DNA of 64,000 nucleotides from Bilabrum cf. latius (Eukaryota), in the NCBI GenBank assembly GCA_965178125.1, contig CBCXTV010000001.1, positions 1 to 64,000 of the forward strand, in the 5' to 3' direction. The notes below the pieces were generated by a model, which searched no databases, was not told the origin of the DNA, and saw only the letters and a program-made list of their open reading frames with translations. A program made the translations under genes and the position numbers. Positions 1 to 9,527 of the stretch are shown here, piece after piece. Every line of letters begins with the position of its first letter. Position 1 is the first letter of the stretch.

Positions 1-427
1 TGGAGATCCTAGCATCGTATGGAGGCAAGAGGTAACACCTTGGGGTCCGTTCTCCGCTTCAATTCCTGTCCCAAATCCGATTCCCATTTCGAGACCGAAA
101 AAGGTGACCCGGAAAACGACGGTACTTATTTCTGAACCGTTTTCCGGACGCTTTCCGGGTCTCCCATGTGACCGCTTTTTGCGTACCGAAACACGTTCCG
201 CGCGTGAGGAGCAGATGCGGATCTCCGCGGGGTCCTATTTGTGTCTTTTTTCGGGGACGAAATCGGGCGCACTTCTCGTGCCGATTTGTGGTCGTCTCTG
301 AAACCGGCTGCGAGTCGGGAAAGGTGCCCGAGATGCTTGTGTCCTTGGCTTCGTATTTCTCCGCATATTCTTCAAACGCGGGCGGCAGTGGCTCCTGCGC
401 GGGAGCTTCCCGAGTGGGTCCGTCGTG

Positions 428-624
428 CAGTGCGCTGGGTAGGTCCGCAGGTCAAGGAGGCGCTCGCAGTTATAGACGTAGGTGGAGTTTGCGAGCTGCC
501 GGCCGACATGCTCATGTGGTGACCGGAGGTCACCACATGAGCATGTCGGCCGGCAGCTCGCAAACCCCACCTGCGTCTATAACTGCGAACGCCTCCTTGA
601 CCTGCGGACCTACCCAGCGCACTG
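428..624. repeat. 97-bp-arm hairpin (3-nt loop) derived from a diverged glycosyltransferase gene; also 15640-15836, 42337-42533, 57545-57741
   Basis: 428-524 is the reverse complement of 528-624 with 3 differences; loop gga. The arm encodes ..YNCERLLDLRTYPAH versus HNCERLLDVRTYPAH in the B glycosyltransferase. Confidence 0.93.
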
Positions 625-704
625 AGCAGACAACGCATTTGTGGTCCCCCTCCACGTCGGCATGGGCTTGAAGTGGTACCTCAGGAGGATTTCACTTGCG
701 CCGG

Positions 705-1610
705 CCCCCAGGATTTCGCCAAAAATGGCCGATCCGCACAAGGAATTTAAGTTGCGGCGACACAGCTCGGACCCTGGCTTTTTTTTGGCTGTTTCGGGGC
801 CCCAAGAGGGCTCCCGGCCCCAAAAAGGGCAAAACGCGAGGTTGTGGTGGAAAAAATGGGCCCCAAGGAGTCTCCAAACGACGCAAAACGCCACGTTGTG
901 GTGGATTTTAGAGCCCCTAAATCGCCCAAAAAAGACGCAAAACGCCACGTGGTGGTGGATTTTAGAGCCCCTAAATCGCCAAAAAAGACGCAAAACGCCA
1001 CGTTGTAGTGGATTTTAGAGCCCCTAAATCGCCCAAAAAAGACGCAAAACGCCACGTTGTGGTGTTTTTTTTGAGCGTTTTCGGGGGGCTCGGAAGGGGA
1101 CCCCCCAGGATTTGGCCAAAAATGGCCGATCCACACAAGGACTTTAAGTTGCGGCGACACAGTTCGGGCCCCGGTTTGTTTTTGCGGTTTGGGGGCCCCG
1201 AGAGGGCTCCCGGCCCCAAAAAGGGCAAAACGCGAGGTTGTGGTGGAAAAATGGGCCCCAGGCAGCCCCAAACGACGCAACACGCCACGTTGTGGTGGAT
1301 TTTAGAGCCCTAAATCGCCCAAAAAAGACGCAAAACGCCACGTTGTCGTGGATTTTAGAGCCCTAAATCGCCCCAAAGAGACGCAAAACGCCACGTTGTA
1401 GTGGATTTTAGAGCCCCTAAACCGCCCTAAAAAGACGCCAAACGCCACGTTGTGGTGTTTTTTTTGAGCGTTTTGGGGGGGCCCGGAAGGGGACCCCCCC
1501 AGGATTTGGCCCAAAATGGCCGATCCACACAAGGAATTTAAGTTGCGGCGACACAGTTCGGGCCCCGGGGTTTGTTTTGCTGTTTGGGGGCCCCAAGAGG
1601 GCTCCCGGGA
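705..1610. repeat. Satellite-like array: ~395-bp units containing ~53-54-bp subrepeats; also ~15917-16823, ~42614-43517, ~57822-58727
   Basis: cccaggattt.g.c.aaaatggccgatcc at ~705, ~1101 and ~1494; subrepeat acgcaaaacgccacgttgtggtggattttagagcccctaaatcgcccaaaaaag. Confidence 0.95.
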
Positions 1611-1912
1611 GGCCCTAGAGTGGCCCTTCTCCGCTTCAATTCCTGTCCCAAATCCGATTCCCATTTCGAGACCGAAAAAGGTGACCCGGAAAACGACGGT
1701 ACTTATTTCTGAACCGTTTTCCGGACGCTTTCCGGGCCTCCCATGTGACCGCTTTTTGCGTACCGAAACACGTTCCGCGCGTGAGGAGCAGATGCGGATC
1801 TCCGCGGGGTCCTAGTTGTGTCCTTTTTCGGGGGACGAAATCGGGCGCACTTGTCGTGCCGATTCGTGGTCGTCTCTGAGACCGGCTGCGAGTCGGGAAA
1901 GGTGCCCGGGAG

Positions 1913-3205
1913 ATGCTCGTGTCCTTGGCTTCGTATTTCTCCGCGTATTCTTCAAACGCGGGCGCACGTCTCCTACCGATTCGTGGTCGGTTTCCGAGGC
2001 CGATCGCGAGTCGGGAAATGCGCCCGCGATGCGCTCTCGATCTCGGAAAGGGCGGGAGTCCGTTCTTGCATTCGGAATGGGCGGGGAGTTGCTTTTCCTG
2101 GGAGCATGTGCGAGATTCCTTCTCCGCGGGTCCTCTTTCGGCTTCGGCAGTCAGCAGCGCACTCTGCGGGAACGGCATTCTCCGAGTCTCTTTGCCGATG
2201 ATGTCTGAGGAGAAACCGTCCGAGAGCATTGCTGTTTCCTTGGGAGACGGCCGCAATCTTCGTGGGCGTCGAGGCGCCGGTGATATGGGAAACGAGGGCG
2301 GCATGTTGGCGCGCGAGGTCGACGCGCCGGCGGAGCACGCCGGCGCGGCGGCAAGCGTCGATGATTCGGGCGGCTCCCACATCGAGAGCGGCGGCGCGGA
2401 GGCGGCGTCCACGGGGATGCTCGGAGAGGAGAGCGGCAAGGCAGCGCCGAAGGAGGACGCCGAAGACGACGGCGGCAAGAAGACGGAGGAGGAGGATGCT
2501 CGCGGCGGTGGACGTGCTGTGGTGCCCGGAGGTAATGACGACGTATGGACCAACGCAGCAGCTTGGAAGGCGGGTGGCGGCGTGGCAGCCGGGGCGGTCT
2601 CTGGCGCTGATAGCTGGGATCTATGGGGGACCCCTGCGAAGTCGTCATGGGGGGAGACGTACGTGCTGCGGCAGGTCGCGTCGGAGCCGGCGGAGGAGGC
2701 GACATGGACTTGCAACGCGTGCCAGTGCTGCAAGCCCCGGTCGGCGTACTTTAAGAAGTGGAAGGACTGGATCCAACCAGTTTGCCGGGTGTGTTGCGAC
2801 AAGTTCGACAACGCGACGCCGTGGTGGGTGTGGTGCAAGAGCTGCAAAAACGAGTATCCGGCGTACCGATTTCCCCAGATCCGCCGGAAGAAGGAGAACT
2901 TGCGCTATTTCTTCCCTGAGGACTGGTGCGCGAAGTGCCTGGTTGCGCGTGGCTGGAGTCTCCATGATGTCCGTTCCTCTGCGGGTGAAGCGAAGCGTTG
3001 GGTGCCAAAAGCTGGCGCGAATACCGGTGACGGCGACAACGACGCTCGTGCTCCCGCACGCGACGAGCTTCCTGCAGGAGGCGCCGCCTCCTGCAGCAAC
3101 GCCGTGCGTCAGAGTTCTTCGCGTGACGAGGCCTTGGATGACATCAAGCGGGCCATGGAGCTTCTCCAGAATGCGGAAAGGTTCCTCCTCACGATGCCAG
3201 CGTGA
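1913..3205 (+). CDS. Tandem CxxC zinc-finger protein (ZnF1); true start may be the ATG at 2198
   Basis: 430-aa ORF with a low-complexity acidic/Gly N-terminus, then CNAC..K..YF..CRVC and CKSC...F..CAKC, and a short C-terminal helix; also intact in copy 2. Confidence 0.7.
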   Translation: MLVSLASYFSAYSSNAGARLLPIRGRFPRPIASREMRPRCALDLGKGGSPFLHSEWAGSCFSWEHVRDSFSAGPLSASAVSSALCGNGILRVSLPMMSEEKPSESIAVSLGDGRNLRGRRGAGDMGNEGGMLAREVDAPAEHAGAAASVDDSGGSHIESGGAEAASTGMLGEESGKAAPKEDAEDDGGKKTEEEDARGGGRAVVPGGNDDVWTNAAAWKAGGGVAAGAVSGADSWDLWGTPAKSSWGETYVLRQVASEPAEEATWTCNACQCCKPRSAYFKKWKDWIQPVCRVCCDKFDNATPWWVWCKSCKNEYPAYRFPQIRRKKENLRYFFPEDWCAKCLVARGWSLHDVRSSAGEAKRWVPKAGANTGDGDNDARAPARDELPAGGAASCSNAVRQSSSRDEALDDIKRAMELLQNAERFLLTMPA

Positions 3206-3414
3206 CGCGGGAGCTTCCCGAATGGGTCCGTCGTACTGTGAGGGCGCTCCGGAAGGAAGAGCGCGAGTGAGTCATCCTTGCGCCGAGGTGAGCGCGACGT
3301 CGGAGGAGCACGGTCGTTTGATTGGGAACGATATGGTCGGCAGAGTGTGAAAATCCGAGTTTCTCGTGCAGGATTGGGCAGCTCTCTAGATATCTTGCCT
3401 GGGAAGGGTGTGAT

Positions 3415-4385
3415 GTGGTGGGAGCGCTTCCGCCTCACGTGGCAGACGTCCACACTTCCTGGTTCCCCGGCAGGCTGTTTGGCGAGACGGAGTGGCAAAG
3501 CATCCGCCTGCTGATTCCTACTTTGTTACCTCGATTGTGAGCTCGGAGCTTGGGGCGGAGGATTCTGCGGGCAGCTCATGTGTGCCTAGAGTGTCATCCC
3601 GCGACCCTCTGACTTCTGTTCGTGGCTTTACCTCTTCGCGCAGGAAGATTCCTCATGAGGCAAGCCCGGTCCGAACTCGCGTGGGATGCCGTGCGCTGGT
3701 GCGGCTTCCACTCATCCCCGGGGTGGGGAGCGCTGGGTAAAGGATCGTCTGTCCCTGCAAGTTTCGATTCGGCGAGGTGCGGCAGCATGACGCGGACCGA
3801 GGTGAAGTCCTTTGTCCGCGATAGGTCGCCGCGTCGCGCGGTGGCGACCCCACAGCGCCCAAATCCCATTCCGGAGAGGGGGTGTGATGCAGTGGGAGCC
3901 CTTCCGCCTCACGTGACAGACGTTCACACTTCCTGGTTCCCATAAGGTCTTCAGCACAGCGCATGCGAGGCAGGCTGTTCGGCGAGACGTAGTGGCATCG
4001 CCCCCGCCTGCTCATTCCTACTTTGTTACCTCGATTGTCAGCTTGGGGCTCGGGGGCGGCGGATTCAGCGGGCAGCTCATGTATGCTGGAGTGTCATCCC
4101 GCGACCTCTGACTTCTGTCCGTGGCTTTACCTCTTCGCGCAGGAAGATTCCTCATGAGGCAAGCCCGGTGCGAACTCCTGTGGGATGCCGTGCGCTGGTT
4201 CGGATTCCACTCATGCCCGATGTGGGGAGCGCTAGGGTAAAGGATCGTCTGTCCCTGCAAGTTTCGATTCGGCTCGAGTCAATGTGAGGAAGGAGAGGTG
4301 CGGCAGCATGACGCGGAACGAGGTGACGTCCTTTGTCCGCGATAGGTCGCCGCGTCGCGCGGTGGCGACCCCGCAGCGCCCAAAC
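3415..4385. repeat. Diverged tandem duplication (~470-500 bp units) ending in the 5' end of the coiled-coil ORF
   Basis: ggtgtgatg..gtgggagc.cttccgcctcacgtg and ctactttgttacctcgattgt each occur twice (~3406/3879; ~3518/4018), as does atgacgcgga.cgaggtga (3787/4308). Confidence 0.85.
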
Positions 4386-4829
4386 CCCGCCCCGCCTAGT
4401 CCTCACTCGACAGCGGTGTCGAACCTGCAGCAGCGCTTCGAGAACATGCAGCAGCGTGCGGAAAGCTTGAGCGCTCAGCTGGAGTACGCCCAAAGTGTGA
4501 TCAGGCTGCTCTCAGGCCTGTTGCGCGATGAGGCTCCTCGGTTCCATGCAGACTTTGATCCCGTGATTCGGCGTGCGATGTCTGGCGCAAGCGGCTCCGT
4601 TGCGGGTAGGTCTTTCCGTCTTGTGGACGGAGGCGTCATCCACGGACCTGACACAGCAGTCGCTGCTCCTCCGCGTCGTCTCATCGTTGAGGTGCGTACG
4701 GACTGGGAGATGACCGAGACTGCCTCAACTGTGCTGGATTCCTCAGGATCAGACGACATGGGTTCCGAGGACTCGCCGCCGCCGACCGTCGTCCTCCCCA
4801 GCGGCGCGGCGGGCGCCGGCGGTGCCTAG
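4284..4829 (+). CDS. Small coiled-coil hypothetical protein (ATG at 4308)
   Basis: 181-aa ORF with heptad segment VSNLQQRFENMQQRAESLSAQLEYAQSVIRLL; conserved in all three A copies. Confidence 0.55.
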   Translation: MRKERCGSMTRNEVTSFVRDRSPRRAVATPQRPNPAPPSPHSTAVSNLQQRFENMQQRAESLSAQLEYAQSVIRLLSGLLRDEAPRFHADFDPVIRRAMSGASGSVAGRSFRLVDGGVIHGPDTAVAAPPRRLIVEVRTDWEMTETASTVLDSSGSDDMGSEDSPPPTVVLPSGAAGAGGA

Positions 4830-5367
4830 TCCTCGGCAGCTCCTGCATCGGAGCCTCCTGTCGAGATTCGATCGCGCAACGTCGTTCCTTACATTGCTTG
4901 CCGTCGCATGTGCCGGGCGGTGGTGGGTGTGCGTGTTCGCCGAAAGTTCCCGGCCTCGTCTTCCTCAGGAGAGCTCCTCGACCCGAAATTGGCAGCTCAG
5001 CGCTGCCGTGGCCGATACAGTACCCGTGCATGGCCAGTTGGCAGCTACGCGCTGCCGTTGCCAATGTCGTCCGCACGAGAGCAGAGTGGCAGCTCAGCGC
5101 AGGCGAGAAACCGCGCTCGCAATGCTGCGAGGTGTATTCAATGCTGTGCACGTGTCTATTCCTCTCCCTGGTTTTGTCTCGCTTGCGCCAGTGTGACCGC
5201 AGCAGAGCGGGTGCTTCCCGTGCGTCTTCAGCTTTGAGCACTCCTCCAGCGACAGGAAGGCATTCGCTTGCTCTCGCTCCCCGCCTGCGTCCTATCCCTC
5301 CCGGGTATCTTCAGAGGCCACAGGCAGTGCGAAGCTTGGCAGCGGGTCCGTCCGCGTCGTTTCGGCT

Positions 5368-7005
5368 GTGAGCGATCTTCTGCCCGGTTCCTCACGCGTC
5401 ATAATGTCCTCTGCTTCGGTGCCGGATCAGCTCGCACGGATCAGTAAGGAGCTGAAGTGTCTCAGAGACGCGAGACAACGGGCGCGCAATGGGCTGCGCC
5501 ATCCGTGGTTGCGCGCCATGGAGGCACAGGTCGCTGAGGTTATTCGTCATCACCCCGGCGGTGGCGAGGCAGCTCTTCGAACCTATGTCTCTCGTCAGTT
5601 GCAGAGTCGACAGGTTTCCACGCGGACGGCTTCGCAGGAGGAGTTTCAAAGGCAGGTCGATGAGGAGGTCGCGCTCACCATGAGGCGCCCAGCTGAGGCG
5701 TGGCAGCGAAATCCTCTTCGCTCATGTCATCGAGAGTCCGTGGCACGCGCAGAGACCTTTCTCGCCGAGGCTTCTGTCGTTGCTTGGATCGACCATGTGA
5801 ACGAGCAGCGTGGGTGTGCTCCAACTGGGAACATGGTTTTCGCCATGCTTGCGAGGATGGGCGTTCGCGCGGGGAAGGACTCGGCTCGACGGCAGTGGCT
5901 CCTGCGCTTCCGTCGTCGTTGGCGGCTTCGGCATGGCCGATTGAAGAAGCAGCCCCCGGTAACACTCGATTACGTCAGACTCGCGTGTCGTGTCTTCTAT
6001 CAGTGGATTGAATTCGCAGAAGCGCGAGTGCCCCCCAACCGCCGCCTCGTCTTTGTGAATTTCGATGAGTCCAGCGTGCCCTTTGCCTTTCCGGGAATGC
6101 GCGGGTACATCGCACCGAGGTCAGGAACGGAGCCCGCTTCGCTTGGTTCGCGCACGGAGCGCCTCGCCTCGAATAGCAATCGAGGATCGTACACCTTTCT
6201 GGGTTTTATTAGCGACTGCCCGGAAATCCAGCGACGACTCCCGCGTATACTCATCGGGAAGCACACGCGGCTGAGCAAGCGCTTGATGCGTGGGGCGCCG
6301 AACCAAATGGTGGACGGAATGGAAGTCTGGGCCCGAGAGAGCTCGTGGGTGACGCAGTCCCTCATGTTCGACATTCTGCGTCGGCTTTTCGCTTCTTGGA
6401 TGGACATTCAGCATGAGATCTATCCAATAGTGATACTTGACTGCGCGCCCCAACACATTTCCACTGAGATTGTGAACTTCGCACACGGCCTTGGCATGGA
6501 TCTCGTGTTTATTCCTGGTCGACTCACCTTCCTGCTTCAGCCGTTGGACGTTCTCGTCTTTCAGCTTCTTAAGCGCGACCTTCGGGAGACGTGGATGCAG
6601 GAGCGCTCGCGTCATGAAGCGGGTCATGTCGATGTCTCTTGCCATCTCAGGGTTGTCGCTGAGTGCACGAAGAGAGTGCTCTCGTCTGGCTCGTGGCAAG
6701 GCGCTTTCGATATGACAGGCATTACCAGCGGCAGGCGCCGCTTGCATTCGACCCTACGGCGCTTGTTTGAGTGTGACATGGAGGACATCTCCAGCGATGC
6801 TCCGTCTGTCGACCAGCTCCGCTTCATCAGCAGTCCGCAGCAGCCTCTCCCGCACGATGCGCTCATCAACAGGGCCCCAGTCGCGTCCGGACACGCGGTC
6901 GACGGAGGCGTCCACGGTGGTAACGCTCGCCGCGTGCCTCGTGGCCGCAGACTAAACGGATGGACCCCCCGCGATCGCGCTCACCCCTCGGCGGCCATGC
7001 CGTGA
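5368..7005 (+). CDS. pogo/Tigger-type (Tc1/mariner superfamily) DD35D transposase; first ATG at 5404
   Basis: CENP-B-like HTH end (QWLLRFRRRWRL); catalytic motifs VNFDES, IVILDCAPQH and LQPLDVLVF, with 35 residues between the 2nd and 3rd Asp. Confidence 0.92.
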   Translation: MSDLLPGSSRVIMSSASVPDQLARISKELKCLRDARQRARNGLRHPWLRAMEAQVAEVIRHHPGGGEAALRTYVSRQLQSRQVSTRTASQEEFQRQVDEEVALTMRRPAEAWQRNPLRSCHRESVARAETFLAEASVVAWIDHVNEQRGCAPTGNMVFAMLARMGVRAGKDSARRQWLLRFRRRWRLRHGRLKKQPPVTLDYVRLACRVFYQWIEFAEARVPPNRRLVFVNFDESSVPFAFPGMRGYIAPRSGTEPASLGSRTERLASNSNRGSYTFLGFISDCPEIQRRLPRILIGKHTRLSKRLMRGAPNQMVDGMEVWARESSWVTQSLMFDILRRLFASWMDIQHEIYPIVILDCAPQHISTEIVNFAHGLGMDLVFIPGRLTFLLQPLDVLVFQLLKRDLRETWMQERSRHEAGHVDVSCHLRVVAECTKRVLSSGSWQGAFDMTGITSGRRRLHSTLRRLFECDMEDISSDAPSVDQLRFISSPQQPLPHDALINRAPVASGHAVDGGVHGGNARRVPRGRRLNGWTPRDRAHPSAAMP

Positions 7006-8024
7006 CCTCGACCACGACCATGTCAGGGGCGAACGCGACTTCGTCAACCTCGAGCACGACCATCCCAGCGGCGAACGCGGCTTCCTCGATGGGATCCCTG
7101 ACCCCGACGAAGCTTCCCCGACCTCGGCCACGTGAACCTGCAGGCGCATTCTTGCCCGATGTGCCCGCGCAGGTGGCGGCCTGCACGGCGTGGGCGCCAC
7201 CGTTTCGTCGACCAGACAGCTCAGCCACTCCGGCGACGCGCGAGGCGGCAACGTCCACGTGCATCAATCCGTGGACCGCTCTCTCCTGGTATCCGACACC
7301 ACCGCAGCCGACGGACCCCCCTTCCGACAGGCCTCGCGAGGTACCGAACCGGAGCTCCCGGCAGCAGCGCAGGCGTCATGCTTGGGGCGGCACGTGGGTG
7401 TTCGACGACGCCATTACGCTCAGCGATTGCGGGTCGAGGGTGCAGATCGACGCGCCGCAGTCGAAGCTCTTGGCGATGGTCCTGCCCCGGAAGTCGGGCC
7501 AGTGGATTCCTCGTAGGCTGCGCTCGCGTACGATCTGGTATTTGGCTGGGGAGCAGTCGGCCGTGATCACCAACCTCAAGTGCCAGGCCTGCAGTCGGGT
7601 CAAGCACGCGGACAGCTTCAACCCGAAGAGCTTGCGTCGGGCTCAGTACTCGTTGCTGCATTCCCTGTGGCCCGGCTACATACGACGTACCGAGCGGTCT
7701 ATTTGGTGCACGCAGTGTGCGGTGGAGGACCAGTTGATGCAGGGCAACTTTCCGGACGGCTACTGTTTCCGGATCCGCGCCACACTCGAAATTTGCCATC
7801 AAGATCGCGTCGCGGCCAAGCTGTTTGCAGTGCACGACAGTAACGCTCTCTTCGAGCAGATCCCGCTGAGCTCCCGTGCGGCCATGGACGTGGCGGAGCA
7901 GTTGCGCCGATACTGGCAGGATGCCGTGTCCTCAGACGGCCAGAGCAACATCTTCCACAGCGACCACGTTTCGACAGACGACGACTCTGAGTTCGCACCG
8001 GGCGGACCGGAGAGCGTGCCGTGA
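6960..8024 (+). CDS. CxxC zinc-finger hypothetical protein (ZnF2)
   Basis: 354-aa ORF overlapping the transposase stop; CQAC...K....F...WCTQC; Ser/Thr/Pro-rich N-terminus. Confidence 0.6.
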   Translation: MDPPRSRSPLGGHAVTSTTTMSGANATSSTSSTTIPAANAASSMGSLTPTKLPRPRPREPAGAFLPDVPAQVAACTAWAPPFRRPDSSATPATREAATSTCINPWTALSWYPTPPQPTDPPSDRPREVPNRSSRQQRRRHAWGGTWVFDDAITLSDCGSRVQIDAPQSKLLAMVLPRKSGQWIPRRLRSRTIWYLAGEQSAVITNLKCQACSRVKHADSFNPKSLRRAQYSLLHSLWPGYIRRTERSIWCTQCAVEDQLMQGNFPDGYCFRIRATLEICHQDRVAAKLFAVHDSNALFEQIPLSSRAAMDVAEQLRRYWQDAVSSDGQSNIFHSDHVSTDDDSEFAPGGPESVP

Positions 8025-8278
8025 GGGACCGCAGCGACAGTAGCGTCGCTTAGGTGAGGAGCGGGTGCCAATGCTCTTTTGAAAATGGTGTGTCGTACGT
8101 ACGGCAGGAGCCGTCGGTGGGAGCGGGGCGGATCCTGCGGGAAGTCGTGGAGACTGAGGGCAGAGACTCTCGGGTCGGTCAGGGTCTCATGTAACGTGCT
8201 GTTCACCGCAGAGGTATGTGCGGATCTTGGTGGATCTCTCGAGGACATGGGTGGCATACCGTTGTGCATCCGTTCCCC

Positions 8279-8412
8279 GGGGGGGGCGGTCGCAGAAGAG
8301 TGCACACGAAAACAAGAGGAAAGGAGACCAACCCCCCAAACCCACGTAGTGCGATCCTGGGGGGTACCCTATAAGGTACTAAGAATCCTTCTCCCGAAAA
8401 TCGCACTACCTC
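8279..8412. promoter_or_regulatory. Copy of the candidate replication-origin stem-loop of block B, flanked by 55-bp direct repeats; also ~35476-35608 and ~50185-50317
   Basis: Closely matches 24078-24207 (gtagtgcgat...atcgcactac); flanking repeats 8225-8279 and 8424-8478. Confidence 0.6.
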
Positions 8413-8789
8413 GGGCCACAACGTCTTGGTGGATTCCTCGAGGACATGGGTGGCATACCGTTGTGCATCCGTTCCCCGTCGCTCCCTAACGTCTTCAGTG
8501 GCAGGTTCGGAAAAGACACCTCCGTAGGCACGCGACAAGTCCCGGTGAAGCGGGCTCGCACCGCGCTGGGCGGGAGATCGTGAGCGCTTAGAGGACCGGA
8601 GCTTTCGGGCGGGTGCGTGTCTCGACAAACTCCCTCTTGACCACGGGCGGGGAACGTGTAGGGCGGAAGCTAAAGACACCGTAAGTAGCGGAGGGCTAAC
8701 ATTCCGTCCTTCGGTGAGAGCCAAAAGTTCGAGTCTGCGAGAGACTATTATACGAAGTTCTCCCCTCCTCATACGTGCGCATAGCCTCC

Positions 8790-9200
8790 TCACGCGGTAG
8801 CGCGAGCGCGGGACCCGGACCTGTCCCTGATGGGCGTGAATCTGAACCCGGCGTACTCTCCTAGTCTGTCACTTCCACGACCTTGTTGTCGCGGAACCAC
8901 TTGCACGGAGACGAACCTGTCGTTCAAGCGGGTGCAGCCGGACGCGCAGGTGTAGTGCATCGCCTTGCATATGTGCACGGCCAAGTAGATGCCGGAACCG
9001 TAGAGGTATCACACTTCCCGCGGAGCTTGGGTGGGTCTTTCGCTGCTGTCGTCTGCTCCAGAAGGTTTGCGCCAAAAACCGGAAAACTTCTAAGACAGAG
9101 GTGGGATGCCAGGAGCTCACGGTCCTGCCGGATTGGGGAGGTCCATGCCCACGCGAGTCGGGTACGCGTCCAAATCAACGCACAGAGCGGGAGCTGAGGG
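8790..9200 (-). pseudogene. Degraded PARP/ADP-ribosyltransferase-like fragment; also ~35986-36396 and ~50695-51105
   Basis: Minus strand 9008-8946 reads YLYGSGIYLAVHICKAMHYTC, like the PARP G-x-G-I-Y-F-A-x4-K-S-x2-Y motif; preceded by an in-frame stop; a frameshifted W-H-G-T-S-like motif lies near 9140-9155. Confidence 0.6.
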
Positions 9201-9375
9201 CGCCAAGGACGCTCACTGTCAGGCACACACAACGCGCACAGAATTCGTCATTTCGCGTTCAAAGCCTGCCAACGACGTGGCGCTTGGCGAAATGTGGTGG
9301 GTGGCGAAGATGTGGTACTTCGCCGTGCCTTTCTCTATGACGGCCAAGCGTGCATTCGCCATCGCGCTCGGACGC

Positions 9376-9527
9376 CACAGGAAGAGATCCCAGCTCGCAG
9401 CTCCGCCGCCTCATCCAGGAGTAAGGCGAAGTCGAATCGTGAATAGCGCTTCGCACCTTCACAGAGCCGAGGATCACAGATAGGCCCCGCCTCACAGAAC
9501 CCAGCGCCATAGGGCAGAGCGTGAAGT
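9376..9527 (+). pseudogene. Diverged fragment homologous to block B ~23655-23805
   Basis: ccgaggatcacagataggccccgcctcacagaa..gggcagagcgtgaagtac aligns with ccgaggattacagatagaccccgcgtcacagaa..gggcagagcgtcaagtac. Confidence 0.8.

Noticed and set aside
712-735. Minus-strand gccatttttggc resembling a dinoflagellate spliced-leader relic (CCGTAGCCATTTTGGCTCAAG)
   Set aside because: Only a short core matches, the flanks do not, and it is part of the satellite unit.
2229-3350. Long Arg-rich alternative-frame and antisense ORFs (e.g. 2229-3350, 1636-2847, 11035-12339, 27475-28521)
   Set aside because: Shadow ORFs expected in GC-rich DNA overlapping better-supported frames; no motifs.
5200-7100. TIRs closely flanking the transposase ORF as a stand-alone pogo element
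   Set aside because: None seen by eye; the ORF overlaps the downstream ZnF2 ORF. An inverted-repeat search would settle it.
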